From Mantamonas sphyraenae STR306 (lineage: Eukaryota; Protista; CRuMs): a DNA stretch of 64,000 nucleotides. Positions 24,006-36,443 of the stretch are shown here, one piece after another. The notes beneath the pieces were generated by a model. It searched no databases. It was given only the letters and a program-made list of their open reading frames with translations, and was not told the origin of the DNA. Within the stretch, counting starts at the first letter, position 1; each line of letters begins with the position of its first letter. Location: NCBI GenBank assembly GCA_026936335.1, contig JAPMXV010000052.1, positions 124,001 to 188,000 of the forward strand. The letters run 5' to 3'. Both the position numbers and the translations under genes were made by a program.

Positions 24006-27000
24006 TCACTTGCCACGGAACGAGCGCGCAAACTTGCCTGAAAGCGGGGTGCCCGACTCATCCTCTCCCTCTGCAAAGGCGGGCAAGGGCAGGTATTCGC
24101 ACGCCTTTGCCACATCATTGATGAGTCGCATCCATTCCACACGGTCCTGGTTGGTATCTGCACGCAGGATGTACTTGCGGGACCCAGCCACCTGGGAGAT
24201 GACCGAGAACCGCTTCTTGGACTCCTTGCCCGTCACCTGTGCCGCTGTGCCGTCTCCTCGGATGACCATGCGTCCAATTACCTCCTTCATGTCCTCTGGA
24301 GACGGACTCTTGTACCATTGCACCAATCCGTCGTCGTACAGCACAAAGTATCGGATCTTGAACTTCTTCAGCATGTCCGCCCCCTGCTTGCCCAGATAGC
24401 CCTCATGGACCACCTTGTGTGGTGCCATGTCTTCCATGGCCATGGTTGCCATCTTCCCAGTGCTACTGCTGCTGCTGCTGCTGCTGCTACTGCTTGCCTT
24501 TGCCTCTCCCTTGCCTCCATCTGAGCTTGAGTTGCCCCCACTGCCCCACTGCCCCCGCTGCTGCTGCTGCTGCTTCCCACTTGTCCTTCGCCACTGCTTT
24601 GCTTGCCAGTGCCTTCGGTTGTGCTGTTGCTGTTGCTGCTGCTGTTGCTACTGCTGCCATCAGCCTCCCCTTGTGCGCCGTCGCCTTGCATGCTCTCCCC
24701 TGCTGCCGACGATGCCTCCTCGTCCTCGTCCTCCTCATTCACACTCTCCATGATGCCTGACAACATGCCCCTGCTGAGATTGCTGGCAGTCCTGCGAGCC
24801 TGTGGACTGATGCCCATGCGCAGGAGTTCCAACTCCTGACCATCGACGTACTGCGACTTGCGCGTGGCCTTCTTGCTGACCATGGTGATCTGTGCTTGGA
24901 TGTCAGCCAGCCACAGGTCCAACTCGTGTTTGGTCTCTGCTCGCATGCGGTAATTGCGTCCCTTTTCCGGCGTGAAAATCTCAAACTCCAGGTTGGCATC
25001 GGCCAGATCCATGTTCTGCATGCGTTCCAGCGTCTGGTCGGCATACGCAGACGCACCCGTGGATGCCTCGGATGCATTTTCACCCAACACCAGTTTGGCG
25101 TAGGCCAGGTCGATTTCCCCCTGTGGCGGTTCGGTGGCACGCGAGCCCGACTGCGGATTCTTGAAGTAAAACATGCGTCCCGATCGCAGCAGGATGACAT
25201 ACCGTTTCTTCCATGCCTTGCGCAGGTCGTTGCCCTGCTTGTACAGGTATCCCGAACGCATTTTGGAGCTGATGTCCGGCGGCGGTTCGGCACGCTGGCT
25301 GCCAAAGCGACTCAGCGAGCGTGCCCGTTTGCCCAGGCTGGTGCCGGACGAGGAGGACGAGCCTCCGGCCACGCCTGCCACACCCAAGCCACCAGGGGAC
25401 AATTTGCCCGACCCCGATGCCAAGGGGGCGCCCGACATCCTACTGCTGCGGCGGGTGTTGCCGGCGTCGTACATGGCACCGTTGCCAGCCTGCATGGAGG
25501 TGTGTTCCAACACCTGCGAGACTTCGGGCAGGAGGATGGAGGCACGCTGGAGGTCGGCCATCCATTCGTACATGTTTTCCTCCGTGTCACACTTGAGACG
25601 AAAGAGACGACCCTTCATGGGAGAAAACACCTCCAGGGTGGTGTTGTCGCTGTCGCCGGCCTCTTCACTGACCAACACCGACGCCGAGTTGAGTGGGATG
25701 TCTCCAATGGGTGGTTCCGTGCTCCGGTCCCTGATCTGCGGATTCTTGAAGTACAGAAAGCGACCGTCGCTGAGCAACACAAAGTAGCGACGCTTCATGG
25801 TCTTGAGTAGATCCTGTCCCTGTTTGTACATGTACCCTGAGCGTGTCTTGTGATCCAAGGGCACCATGGCTTCGTCGTTGATGGTCCCCACCCGTGCTCG
25901 CCGTGCCTCTGCCCCCTCCTCGTCCAGTGTGTCCAACAGACTGTCCAGTGCCTCCACCCATTCGTCCATTTCAAACACATCCTCAGCCTGGAGCACGTAC
26001 CACCTCTGTTCGCCCGGTGCCCACACGTCAAAGGCAAACTCGATCTTGCCCGAGATGCGCACCCGTGCTTCCTTGCCCAGCAGCGAAATCACACGCAGCG
26101 GTTCGTGCACGCTGCCTTTGGATTCGTAGTAACGGAGCTGACCGAGCTTGGTGAGGATGAAGTAGCGTCGTTTGAACAGTTTGCTTGCCAATTCCGAGCC
26201 CTTTTTGCCCAGGTAGCCCTGTTTGACAATCAGCGATTCATCCACGTCGCTCGTCCGTCCGGCGTCCATCTGTGCAATCAACTGCTCCACCTTTGCGAGC
26301 CACGCATCGGTGTCCTGTTGCGAACTGGGTGCCACGTATGCCGTCTCGTCCAGGGCTTCCAGGATGAAGCCGTACCCGGTTTCCGACTCGTCCGCAGACA
26401 GGGTGCGCAACACCAGTCCCTGGGTCAGGTTGATGGCCCCCATGTACGAGTTGATGTCCATGCCTTGGCTCTTGTAGTAGCAGAGCATGTCTGGGAAGAG
26501 GCGAGCATACACGCGCTTCCAGGCCTTGGAAAAGAACGCCCCCTTGCTGCCTGCCCTCTTGTGCACCCACCCTTCCATCAACACATTCTGTGCCTTGCGC
26601 ACGCGTGGGTCATCCGCTTCCTCCTCTTCCACCAGCACAGAGCCACCCTTGAAGGCAACCGAGAGCGCACGTGTGCTCTCGTGCTCCTGAGCATACTCTG
26701 CATCCGCCTGGGCAAGCACACGTGCACTCAATTCGCCTCCACCCACCCCACGTGCATTCAACAGGTCCAGGATCTTGTCCTGGCATCGTACGAGCTGTTT
26801 GTGCACCTTGAGCAGATCGGCAGTCTGTTGCGGCGTCAACTCGTCCCCCAGTTGTGTTTGTTGTGCTTGTGCTTGTTGTGCTTGTGCTTGTGGGTCCCCA
26901 CCCTCATTGTCATGGTGGGTGGCATCGTCCATGTCGCTGGTATCTGTGAGCTGCTCAAAGAAGCCGTCGAGGGGCTGCAGGTACTCTTCGATGAAGGAGT

Positions 27001-28170
27001 TGAGGTCGTCCAGGTAGGACTCCTTGTCGCCAAAGTGGACGCCGTTGGCGAGGTTCTGCAGGGTCTTTGCCACCAGCACCAGCACTCTCCTGCTGTTGGG
27101 TGTGGGTCTGTTCTCAATCACGTTGTACCCCTCCGGGGCCACAATGGCAGGGCACAGGTAGCGCAGGAAGAAGAAGCCGCACACGGGAATGCGCCATTGC
27201 TGCGGGAACTTGCCAGCCACCGCGTTGCGCAGGTGTGCACACAGCACACGCAGGGGAACCGGCACCGATTCGACAGAATGGAGCACACGTGTGATGACGT
27301 CCACTGCAGTGTCACGCAGGTGCACCAGGTTTGCCTGGACGTCGGTTTCCAGACCTTGCTTTTCGACCTTGGCCGGATCGACCTGAGCACCCCAACGACG
27401 ACGAATGGGGTAACAAAAGAGACATGTGTGCGAGTGAGAGAGTGTTTGTGTGAGTGGGAGAGTGGAGAGAGAGTGTGTGTGTGATGGTGAGTGGGGGGTG
27501 GGGGTGGGGGGGTGGGTGTGGAGGTGCGATGGAGGAAGTTGCGGACCGGGGGAAACCACGCACCTCGTAGCAGGTCTGGTCAACGCAGATATCCTCGAGA
27601 ATGTCGTTGAGGAGAGTGCGTAGGTAGGGAAGGCCAATGGCCTTGGAAAACGCCGTCATGAGCTTTGTGGCGACGCTGTTGGTGCGAAAGAGAGTCGAGG
27701 CTTGTTCTGCGAGGAGGCAAAATCCAAGGCGGGGCGGCGGGTGGTGAGTCTCAGGAAACACACGCTCGCACACACGCACACACACACACACAGGGGGGGA
27801 ACATTTGAGGGAGGGGAGTGGAGAATTGGGATTGGATACACACCTGTGTCGGCCACTTCTCTGTCGATCATTTGGCAGATGAGTGTTTGTGTCTGTCGTG
27901 TGGAGAGGAGGGAAATGATGCTCTTTGCGACAGTGCCAAACTCGGACGGGTCCAGCACACTGCACAACGCCGATATAAAGTGCATGTCCTCTGCACACAC
28001 CATGGCATGCAATTCCTCCAGAGTGGCTTCGTCCGATTTGCTGTCGTCATCATCCTGTGAGTCCTGTGCGGGGGGTCCTCCGTCACAATAATCGGCACCT
28101 CCAGCTCCACCTCCATGTCCCCTTCAGTCACACCCTTGTCCTTGTCGTGCGCTCGTGCGTCGTCACTCAT
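24006..28170 (-). CDS. Neurofibromin-like RasGAP followed by five PH domains; 2 clear introns; apparent -1 frame breaks near 28072 and 24546
   Basis: Arginine-finger loop STLFRTNSVATK, FFLRYLCPAIVAP and AKTLQNLAN. Five GxxxKxG...KxR/K-YxxL...W PH repeats follow. Confidence 0.88.
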
Positions 28171-28372
28171 CAAGGCAGGTGTGTTGCTGTAGTGGTGGTT
28201 GCGGGGTTTGTGTGTGTGGGAGGGGAGGACGTCGATTTGCCTGCAGCTGCGCATCTCTCTCTCTCACACACACCTTGTCTTGTGTGTCTTCCCATGCCGT
28301 TCTGCCTCTCCTCCCCCCCCTAAGAAAGATGTGAGGGACGACGATGCGCACTCGGTACCAACGTAGAAGGGG

Positions 28373-29062
28373 ATGTCATCACCTCGACCCCAACCACGAC
28401 GACGACGACGACGACGCCCAGGGAAGCCGACTGAGCTGTCCCAGTTCACTGAAACCAAAGTGGTGGGCTTTGTGCGTTCCATGCGTCAGCTGATGGAATC
28501 GGTGGAGGAAGGGGACACCCAAGTGCTTGCTGAGGCTCACCACAAGCGCGTGGGTCCCACCATGGCCCTCCGTGCAGAACTGGTGGGCCTTTCACGCGTC
28601 CTTCGTGAGTTGTACCTCATGGCAGGCACCGCACGACTCACCTGCATTGATTTGGAGGCTGTCAAGGAGCGCATGCAGGAGAATGACGAGGCAAAGGCTC
28701 GCAAGCGTTCGCGTGAGGAGTTGGAGGAAGGTGTGTCCACAGGTTCCACATCATCATCATCATCATCATCATCATCTGCATCATCATCTGCATCTGGTGC
28801 CGTCTCTGGTGCCTCGTTGTCGGTGGGTGGCACACGCAAGACGCCGTTGGGGGCAGTGGCTTCGCAGCAGACGGCCATGGCCATGATCGGCGGCGGAGGC
28901 GACCGCAAAAGGCGACGTACGGCACAACTGGGCCAGCGCGACCGGTCGTTGTCCAGCCTCAGGTTGCAAGAGGTGTCTACGAATGCAACGCGACGGGATG
29001 TGGTGCGTGAGGTGTTGGGAGGGTGGACGAAAACGCTGCAGGAGTTGAGGTTTGCGCTGTGA
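28373..29062 (+). CDS. Hypothetical protein, 229 aa, with basic NLS-like stretches
   Basis: ATG-to-TGA ORF that fills the gap between RasGAP and RIC1, with coding-like composition and a poly-Ser tract. No family recognised. Confidence 0.6.
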   Translation: MSSPRPQPRRRRRRRPGKPTELSQFTETKVVGFVRSMRQLMESVEEGDTQVLAEAHHKRVGPTMALRAELVGLSRVLRELYLMAGTARLTCIDLEAVKERMQENDEAKARKRSREELEEGVSTGSTSSSSSSSSSASSSASGAVSGASLSVGGTRKTPLGAVASQQTAMAMIGGGGDRKRRRTAQLGQRDRSLSSLRLQEVSTNATRRDVVREVLGGWTKTLQELRFAL

Positions 29063-29083
29063 GACCCAAAAGGGGGCGGAAAA

Positions 29084-32000
29084 ATGTTGTTTGCCACCGG
29101 CAGTGTGACACGTTTCCGTGCGGGACGGGGCGAGTATGGCACACTGGGCAGGGTGGTGGACATGCAATTCGATGCCAAGGGGGGTTTGTTGTGTGTGGTG
29201 CACGAGGCAGGCGTGTGTGTGTGGAGCGGCGGTGCCCAACGCGTCCGTCTCGCCTGCTTCTGCCTCAAACACGCCCACGACAATGACAAGGACGATCGTG
29301 TACAAATGTACGGCACTTGTGTACAGGCCGTGTGGACTTCAGGCTCATCTGGACTTGCTCTCATGACCCAACATGGGTACATGCACTTTCTGCGGGTGCA
29401 AGTGAGTCGAGTCGGGGCCTCGTCGTCGTCCTCCTCCTCCTCCTCCTCCTCTTCTTCCGCCTCCTCTTCCTCGCTGCTGGGTCTCAAGGGCACAGTGCAC
29501 CTTGTGGACGAGAGCAGCAGTACGGTAGCTCTCCCACAGTCAAGCTCACGCTGCGAGGCACCAGTCTGGTGCCGCACGGGGGCGCACGGTGTGTGTCGGC
29601 TGCCAAGAGCACACTGGTGTGTGGCACCGCACACGGTGAGCTGCTGGTCATGTTGTTTGGAGGCGAGGTGATACGCAGATACAACATAGCAGCTATGGTG
29701 GAAGAGTTGAATGGTGGTGGGGGTGTGCAGCTGGCACAGGAGGACAACGACCAAGAGTGGCAGTGGAAGCCTGTGACACTTCTACGTGTGTTGTGGGCAC
29801 GGGACGTGGCATTGCTGGCGTATGGCAAGCACACACTGTGTGTGGTGCGTATAGAGACGTCCAGTGCAGTGACAGAGTGGGACCGTGCGTTGGCACAGCG
29901 CAAGGAGGAGGAGAACGCAGGCAACGGGGAGCTGGGCTTGTTTGCCCCCGCCGAAGTGGGTTTAGGCACCCTTGACATCGACACGGACACATACGGACAC
30001 ATCACATGCTTGGATGCCACAGGGAGAGGCATGACGGGTGTGTGTGGCATGTCTAGTGGCCACGTGCTGGTCGTGGACGTGTTGGAGTCGCAGGAGCCGC
30101 AGGTGGTGCGTGTGATCACCCCGCCCGCGGGCTGTTTGGGTGCTGTGGCCACACTTCAACTTTCCACACACCAGTTTGGATGGGTGTGTGTGGGATGGCA
30201 TCAACGAGGAGTGGCTGTCATGGCTCTGTGTGGCCAGGTGCAGCTGAGTAGCACGCGAATCAATGATCTGGAACAGATGCAGGTGGAGGAGGACGCCAAG
30301 GTGCCTCTGGCTCAGAGGGGATGCACAGCCCTGGCTTGGAGTCCACATGGCTTCCATTTGGTGGTGGTAGGTGGAGGCGACATGGAGGAGAAGGATGGCA
30401 CGGAGGGCAATAGCAGCAGCACCACCACCACCACCACCACCACCAGGGGTGGGGCAGGCCGAATGAGCCAGGTGGATCTTGCGTTGGGCTCCATTGCAGG
30501 CAATCCCACCGTGGCACAGGACAGCCTGCTTCTGCTGGGTCCCGAACGGTTGTATCGGGTGTGCCATGTGGGCGAGTCCATGCAGGTGCAGCTTCAGGAA
30601 ATCATGCTACCGGCGGAGTATCTGCAGACACAGTGGCCACTGCGGTATGCCAGCCGGTGTGCACAGACTCAGGCAATTGCCGTGGCCGGGCGACAAGGGA
30701 TGATTGTGTACGATGTGCACAAGGCCAACTGGAGGATGTTTGGGGATGTGAACGAGGAGCGCATGTTGACGTGCATGGGTTTGTGTTGGACGCGTTCTCT
30801 GGTGGTGTTTGCCAACTACGACGCTGGCTCGCACGCCCACGAGCTGCTGTTGTTCCCGGGAACCCGGCTGTCAATGGATGCGGTGTGTGCACGTGTGCCT
30901 CTGGAGCGACGACCCATGCACATGCACGCACAGGGCAGCCATGTGGTGGTGATGAGTGTGGATCTGCGTGTGCACGTGTACGAGGTGGCCTTGCACTCGC
31001 AGGAGGGAAACACCCTGTGTGACGTCTCCCTCCGTTGCCAGGTGGACCTCCAACGCGGCCATTGGGTTCAATCGATTGCGCTACTGGATGCCACGTCGTG
31101 TCTGGTGCAACGGAGCAACGGTGACCTGTCCATGTTGCACCTGCCCACGGACGACGAGGCACACGAGAGCCACGAGGTGGCCGAAGTGTGTGTGGCCCGC
31201 GACGTACAAGCCTACTTTGCCTCTGCCGACTATCTGTGTGTGTACGACGGCACCTGCATTCGCGCACTGCCACTCCGCCCGCAGGAAGAGCAACACACCC
31301 AAGGAATGGTGCTCATGGACGACGTGTTGCACTGGCCCATGGCAGTGGACATGCAACTCGCCACCATTACAGCCTCGGAATCGCAGGTGGCACGTGCCCT
31401 CAAGGGCTCTCTGCACACACACACTGTGTTTGACCGCCGCGTCCAATCCCAACCCTTCATCCATCTGCTGTTGCACGACGCCATGCAGGAGGCGCCCCTG
31501 GGAGTGCGCAGCCCCGCGGAGCTGGTGGAACAGTATGCGTGGCTGCCATACTTTGGTCACTCATTGGAATTGCTGCTGCACCAGGTGGGCGACGACGACA
31601 AAGCTATGCTTGCCCGCTGTTGGGATCTCATGGGTCAGGGCCCCGTGGCACGGACGGTGGTGTGCAACTATGCACGCAAGGTGGATGCTCACCATTGGGA
31701 TGCGTTGTTTGAGGTCACCGGCGATCCACTGCAGCTGTACACGGAATGCGTGGAGCATGCAGAGTGGTCATCTGCCTGTGCATACATTCTGCTGATCCAA
31801 CATGTCCATGGGGTGCAGGAGAGCACCAATCAGGCGTTGGATCTTCTCGGACGATTGCTTCATGCTCGTCGTCTCACCCTTGCCCTGGAAACCCTACGGT
31901 ACCTGCTGAGTGGCCTTGTGCAGAAGGAGGAGGAGGTGGAGGAGGACGAGGGCGATGCAACAGACGGGCACAACGACGTACAGACACGGGCTCACGATGT

Positions 32001-32559
32001 GGTGTGCACCCAATTGCAAGCGTACCTGGACGACGATGACTGGGTGGCCTTTCTCAACGCCGCACGCGAAACACAACCGGTCATGCGTGAACACCTGCTG
32101 GGGTGGGTGGCAAACGACATGCGTGTGGACAACGTCGTCGACGACAATCCAACGCAGGTGTTGGGTCTGTGGATGGACCAGCTGGACCTGGACATGCGTG
32201 CCAAGTCGCAATGGCGCACCGACGACGAGCGGGAACAGCACAGCCCCGAGCTCCAGGCTCTGCGTTGGCTCCTCGATCTGTGTGCCGACGCAGGTCGCAT
32301 GCCATTGCTCGTCCTTCTCGCGTGTGTGCTGTTGGACACAGAGGCCCTCGCCGCGTGCTGGCAGGACGAGTCGTTGGGTGTGCAACCCCTTCTACGACGC
32401 CTGCGCAGCGACACCGCACGCTCCCAGCACAGCGATCGCGACATGTGGAAGACACGCTGGAAACCCATCCATTCGGTACTGGTGGAGGTGTGTGGCAAAG
32501 AGGAGCACCAAGAGGAAGAAGAAGAACAAGCGGGGAGCATCAACAACAACAACAGCTGA
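29084..32559 (+). CDS. RIC1: RIC1, Rab6-GEF complex subunit; frame change near 29402-29535 (intron or indel)
   Basis: YLQTQWPLRYAS...IAVAGRQG...WRMFGDVNEE, YFGHSLELLLH and YARKVDAHHWDALFEVTGDP...ACAYILLIQ. Confidence 0.88.
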
Positions 32560-32576
32560 ATGAAGCAATGGGTGCT

Positions 32577-33450
32577 TTACTCCTCGATCTCACCGCAGTC
32601 AGAGATGGTGATCTCCTTCTTGGTGGTGCCGTCGCGAGTGCCCAGCTTCTCGATGGCCTTGACAACGTCGTCGTAGCCCGAGGTGACCTCACCAAACACA
32701 ACGTGCTTGCCATCCAGCCACTCCGTGACCACGGTGGTGATGAAGAACTGGCTGCCGTTGGTGTTCTTGCCGGCGTTGGCCATGGACAGCAGTCCAACCT
32801 TGTCGTGCTTCAGCGTGAAGTTCTCGTCGGCAAACTTGTCGCCGTAGATCGACTTGCCGCCGCGGCCGTCGCCACGCGTAAAGTCGCCACCCTGCAGCAT
32901 GAACTGCGGGATCACGCGGTGGAAGCGGCTGCCCTTGTAGCCAAAGCCCTTCTCGCCTGTGTTCCATCGCGCCATCGCGTGTGTGCACCTGTGTCAGCGT
33001 CCAACGCCTCCTGCGGTTCCATCGCGCCAAAAAGCCGAAAAACGGGCCTAACGGCCAGCTGCGCCTCTTTTACTGTGGCCTGAGCCTGCTGCGCCTCACG
33101 TACCGGTGCACAGAGCGCGGAAGTTCTCGGCAGTCTTGGGCACGACGTCGGCGTAGAGCTGTGGGTGTGTGTTGTGTGTAAAAGGGGGCACACGGGGCGT
33201 TGAGGCACAGTGTGAGCCAGAGAGGGTTTTTGCACAAGGTTCAGCCGGAAACCAGGTTGTGGTCCGCGCTCAACCAGCACCACACAGAGCTTGTGTGGAC
33301 ACAGGCAGCTCAGTGTTGGACATAGCACCTCCACACACTGTGAGAGGTTCTCCCACCAGGTTCTCAACCTACCTCAAACTCGATGCGACCGAGATCGGAA
33401 CCGTCGACCTGGATGTCAAAGAAAACCTTGGGGTTGCTGGACGAAGACAT
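32577..33450 (-). CDS. Cyclophilin A-type peptidyl-prolyl isomerase; 3 exons
   Basis: [26 protein letters not shown]|[43 protein letters not shown] and [10 protein letters not shown]. Confidence 0.98.
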
Positions 33451-33614
33451 GTCTGTGGCACACGCCAGCACACACGACAAGAGACGTGCAAGCGAGGAGG
33501 GAGTGAATGTGAGCAGAGGGTGTGTGTGTGTGTGTGTGGAAGGGAGGGACTTCGGCGTACTGTTGTTTGGGGTGCGTCGGCCAGCGCATCGCATCTCTCC
33601 CGTTCTCCATTAAT

Positions 33615-34015
33615 ATGTTCACGCGTCAATCCGGCAAGACCTTGGCCAGTGCACGAGGATTGCATGTCACACAAAGCCATGTGTGCTTCCGACAGGCAGC
33701 ATGCGTGTCCACCTCGGCCTGTGTGAGGTCAGGAGAGGACAGTTCAGCGGCGTCGTCTCCACCCAGCCTCAACGTGTACACTTCGGACACCAACGACCCC
33801 TTCTTCAACCTGGCCATTGAAGACTGGCTCTTTCGCAACGGCGATCCCCACTCGCAGTCCCTCTTCCTCTGGCGCAACTCGCCGACCATTGTCATTGGTC
33901 GCAACCAAAATCCGTACCTGGAGTGCCACCTGGAAAAGATGAAGGAGGAGGGAGTGGAGCTCACACGTCGCCAGAGTGGAGGGGGTGCTGTGTATCAGGT
34001 GAGTGCACATTGCAA

Positions 34016-34046
<31 letters not shown>

Positions 34047-34885
34047 TGCGTGTGCTGGTGGTGGCCGGAGGCTGACCCCTCGTGTCCGGAACATTCCAGG
34101 ACTTGGGCAACACCTGCTTCACCTTTCTGTCGCCACGCGACGACTACCTCGTCTCACGCAACATGGGCATCATCACACGCGCCCTACGCAACGGCTTTGA
34201 CATTGACGCGGTGGCAAGCGGCCGCAACGACATTGAGGTGAACGGCGCAAAGATCTCCGGCAGTGCATTCAAGCTGAACAACAGGGCGGCGTTCCATCAT
34301 GGCACACTGCTGCTCAATGTGGATTTGAGCGCTCTGGGCCGTCTGCTCAACCCGAGCAAGAAGAAGATGGAGAGCAAGGGGGTCAAGAGTGTCAAGGCAC
34401 GCGTGTTGAACCTGCAGGACATCAACGAGGACATCGACCACCACTCTGTGTGCGAAGCCATCATGCAGGAATTCTTTGCCGAGTACGGCAGCACGTGCGA
34501 GGTGCAGGAACTCAAGCGTGGCGACCTGGACAAAGACGATTCCCTGCGCGAATACTACCAACAGCTGCGCAACAACGAATGGCGCTTTGGCCTCACGCCC
34601 CAGTTTACCCACCATCTCGACACTCGCTTCCCGTGGGCCTCCATTGATGTCATGCTCGAGACCAAGCGCAACAAGGTCCTCGCAGCGCACGTGTACTCGG
34701 ACCACCTCGACCCGGACTTTATCGACGTCCTCCAGCTCAGCCTGCAGGATATCAGCTACGATGCAGCTGGCATGCAGCAGGCCTACAACACGGCCCTTGC
34801 CTCGCCCGTTGTCGCCAGCTCAGAGGATCTGCAGGCACATCTGGCTGAGTTTCGCACTTGGCTCACCAAGGAGATCAGTGCGTGA
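33615..34885 (+). CDS. Lipoate-protein ligase A with mitochondrial presequence-like N-terminus; intron 33999-34099
   Basis: DPFFNLAIEDWLF, LFLWRNSPTIVIGRNQNP, RRQSGGGAVYQ|DLGN, KISGSAF and HHGTLL, plus the LplA C-terminal domain. Confidence 0.95.
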
Positions 34886-34937
34886 TGGAGAATGGAGAAT
34901 GAATGAATGCACACAGTGACTGCTTCTTTCCAAATAT

Positions 34938-36206
34938 TCATACTTCGCTTTGCAAGCGTTGCTCCAGACGCTGGGCCAGGGGCATGGCCAGCATTGCGTC
35001 GAGGTCATCCTCGTCCTCGTCCTCGTCCTCGTCGTCATCATCCTCGTCGTCTTCGTCGTCGACAACAATCACCCGGCTGCACCGTTGCCGCTTGTTGTCC
35101 TGTACAGTGGTATAGCCATTCGAGGCAGACGATTCCGTGCTCTCGGCTTCATGTGACGGCGCGGGCTTGCGCTTTGCCCCCAAACGGCGTCCTATGCGCA
35201 CCGCGCGCCGCTTGGGCTTGTTGGCAAACACCAGCGCCACCCAAGTGAGCGCACAGTGACACAGTGGACATGTGCCCCTGCTGGGCACCAATCCCTCTGC
35301 TTGCTGGCCCTCTTCGTGGAGGAAGCGTTCGGCCAAGCATGTCATGTGAGCTCGCATGCGGCACTGCTTGCGTTTGCACCTCACCTTGCGTCTCTCATCC
35401 TCCTCTTCAAATGGCCCTTGGCACACCACACAGCCGCGTCGACTGCTTCCCTGTGAGCTTTGAGACAGCAGTTCGTCCACTTCTGCTTCCTCGTCTTCAT
35501 CGTCGTCGTCGTCATCGTCATCGTCGTCGCCATCGTCGTCATCATCATCGTCATCGTCATCGTCCACGTTGTCGTCATCCACCTGCTGCAGTCGCAACTC
35601 CTGTTGCATTTCATCCAGTGATCCTACCCAGCTTCTGTGCAACCCCTGTGTTTCCAACTTTAGCGTCTGTGTCACCGCATCATACGTCTCGTGGCGCAGA
35701 AACACAACCGTGAGCGGATACCTGCAAAAGGGTGTGACGTCAAGCAGCGCAAACAGGGCGATGGCTTTGGCCTTGAAGCTGACGCCGCGCGTGAGTTTGG
35801 GCCCGCCCTTGGACCCGCGCACTTCCTTCAGCCACCGACAATGCATGGGGTTCTGCCACGCCCACTCAAATTGAAGCGCAGCCTGTTTGGTGGGGAATCC
35901 GTATACAAACAGCTTCATCTCCCTGCCCGCGCGTGTGCCCCAGTGTGTCAGGATTTCTCGGCGACGGATTTCGAGCGCGCGCTTGATTCTCGGGAACCGC
36001 ACCGGCAGACGCTCCTGGTCCTGCTGCACCGGTGAACACGGGTCTCACCATGGCCGTTTCCTCCGCGTCTTCTTCGCACCGCCCTGTATTTCCCCATTGT
36101 GTTGCCTCAGCCGTGTGGCCGGGTTCACTGTGAACCCGATGTACGTGCAGCTCTGCCGCACCGTCTCGCTGCGGCTCTCCAGACAGTAGCACGCAAAGAA
36201 GGGCAT
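34938..36206 (-). CDS. SLX1: Structure-specific endonuclease SLX1 (GIY-YIG + RING/PHD-like finger); intron 36048-35923
   Basis: TYIGFTVNPATRLRQHNGEIQGGAKKT..RPW|EMKLFVYGFP...AALQFEWAWQNP and CVVC...C...HMTCLAERF...CPLC...W. Confidence 0.95.
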
Positions 36207-36443
36207 GTCCTTTGTCGGTGAAGGCAACACAGACACAAGCATCTTTTGGTGCGTTCCCCACGTGGGCCCTGCAATCTCAGGGTGCTGTGGAGGTTGGGTT
36301 TGCGTTGGGTGTGCGATCGCTGGCGCAGCCAACGTTTTTGGCCCCCTGTATCGAACGTCACACGCTCTCCCCTGCAAATGACTTCGCGCTGGGGTGTTGT
36401 GCGCACGCACACACTCAACACGCGCTCCACGTCCAGGAGAGAC

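Noticed and set aside
34938-36206. GIY-YIG domain as a homing endonuclease or mobile element
   Set aside because: The motifs and C-terminal zinc finger identify cellular SLX1. There are no terminal repeats or other element features.
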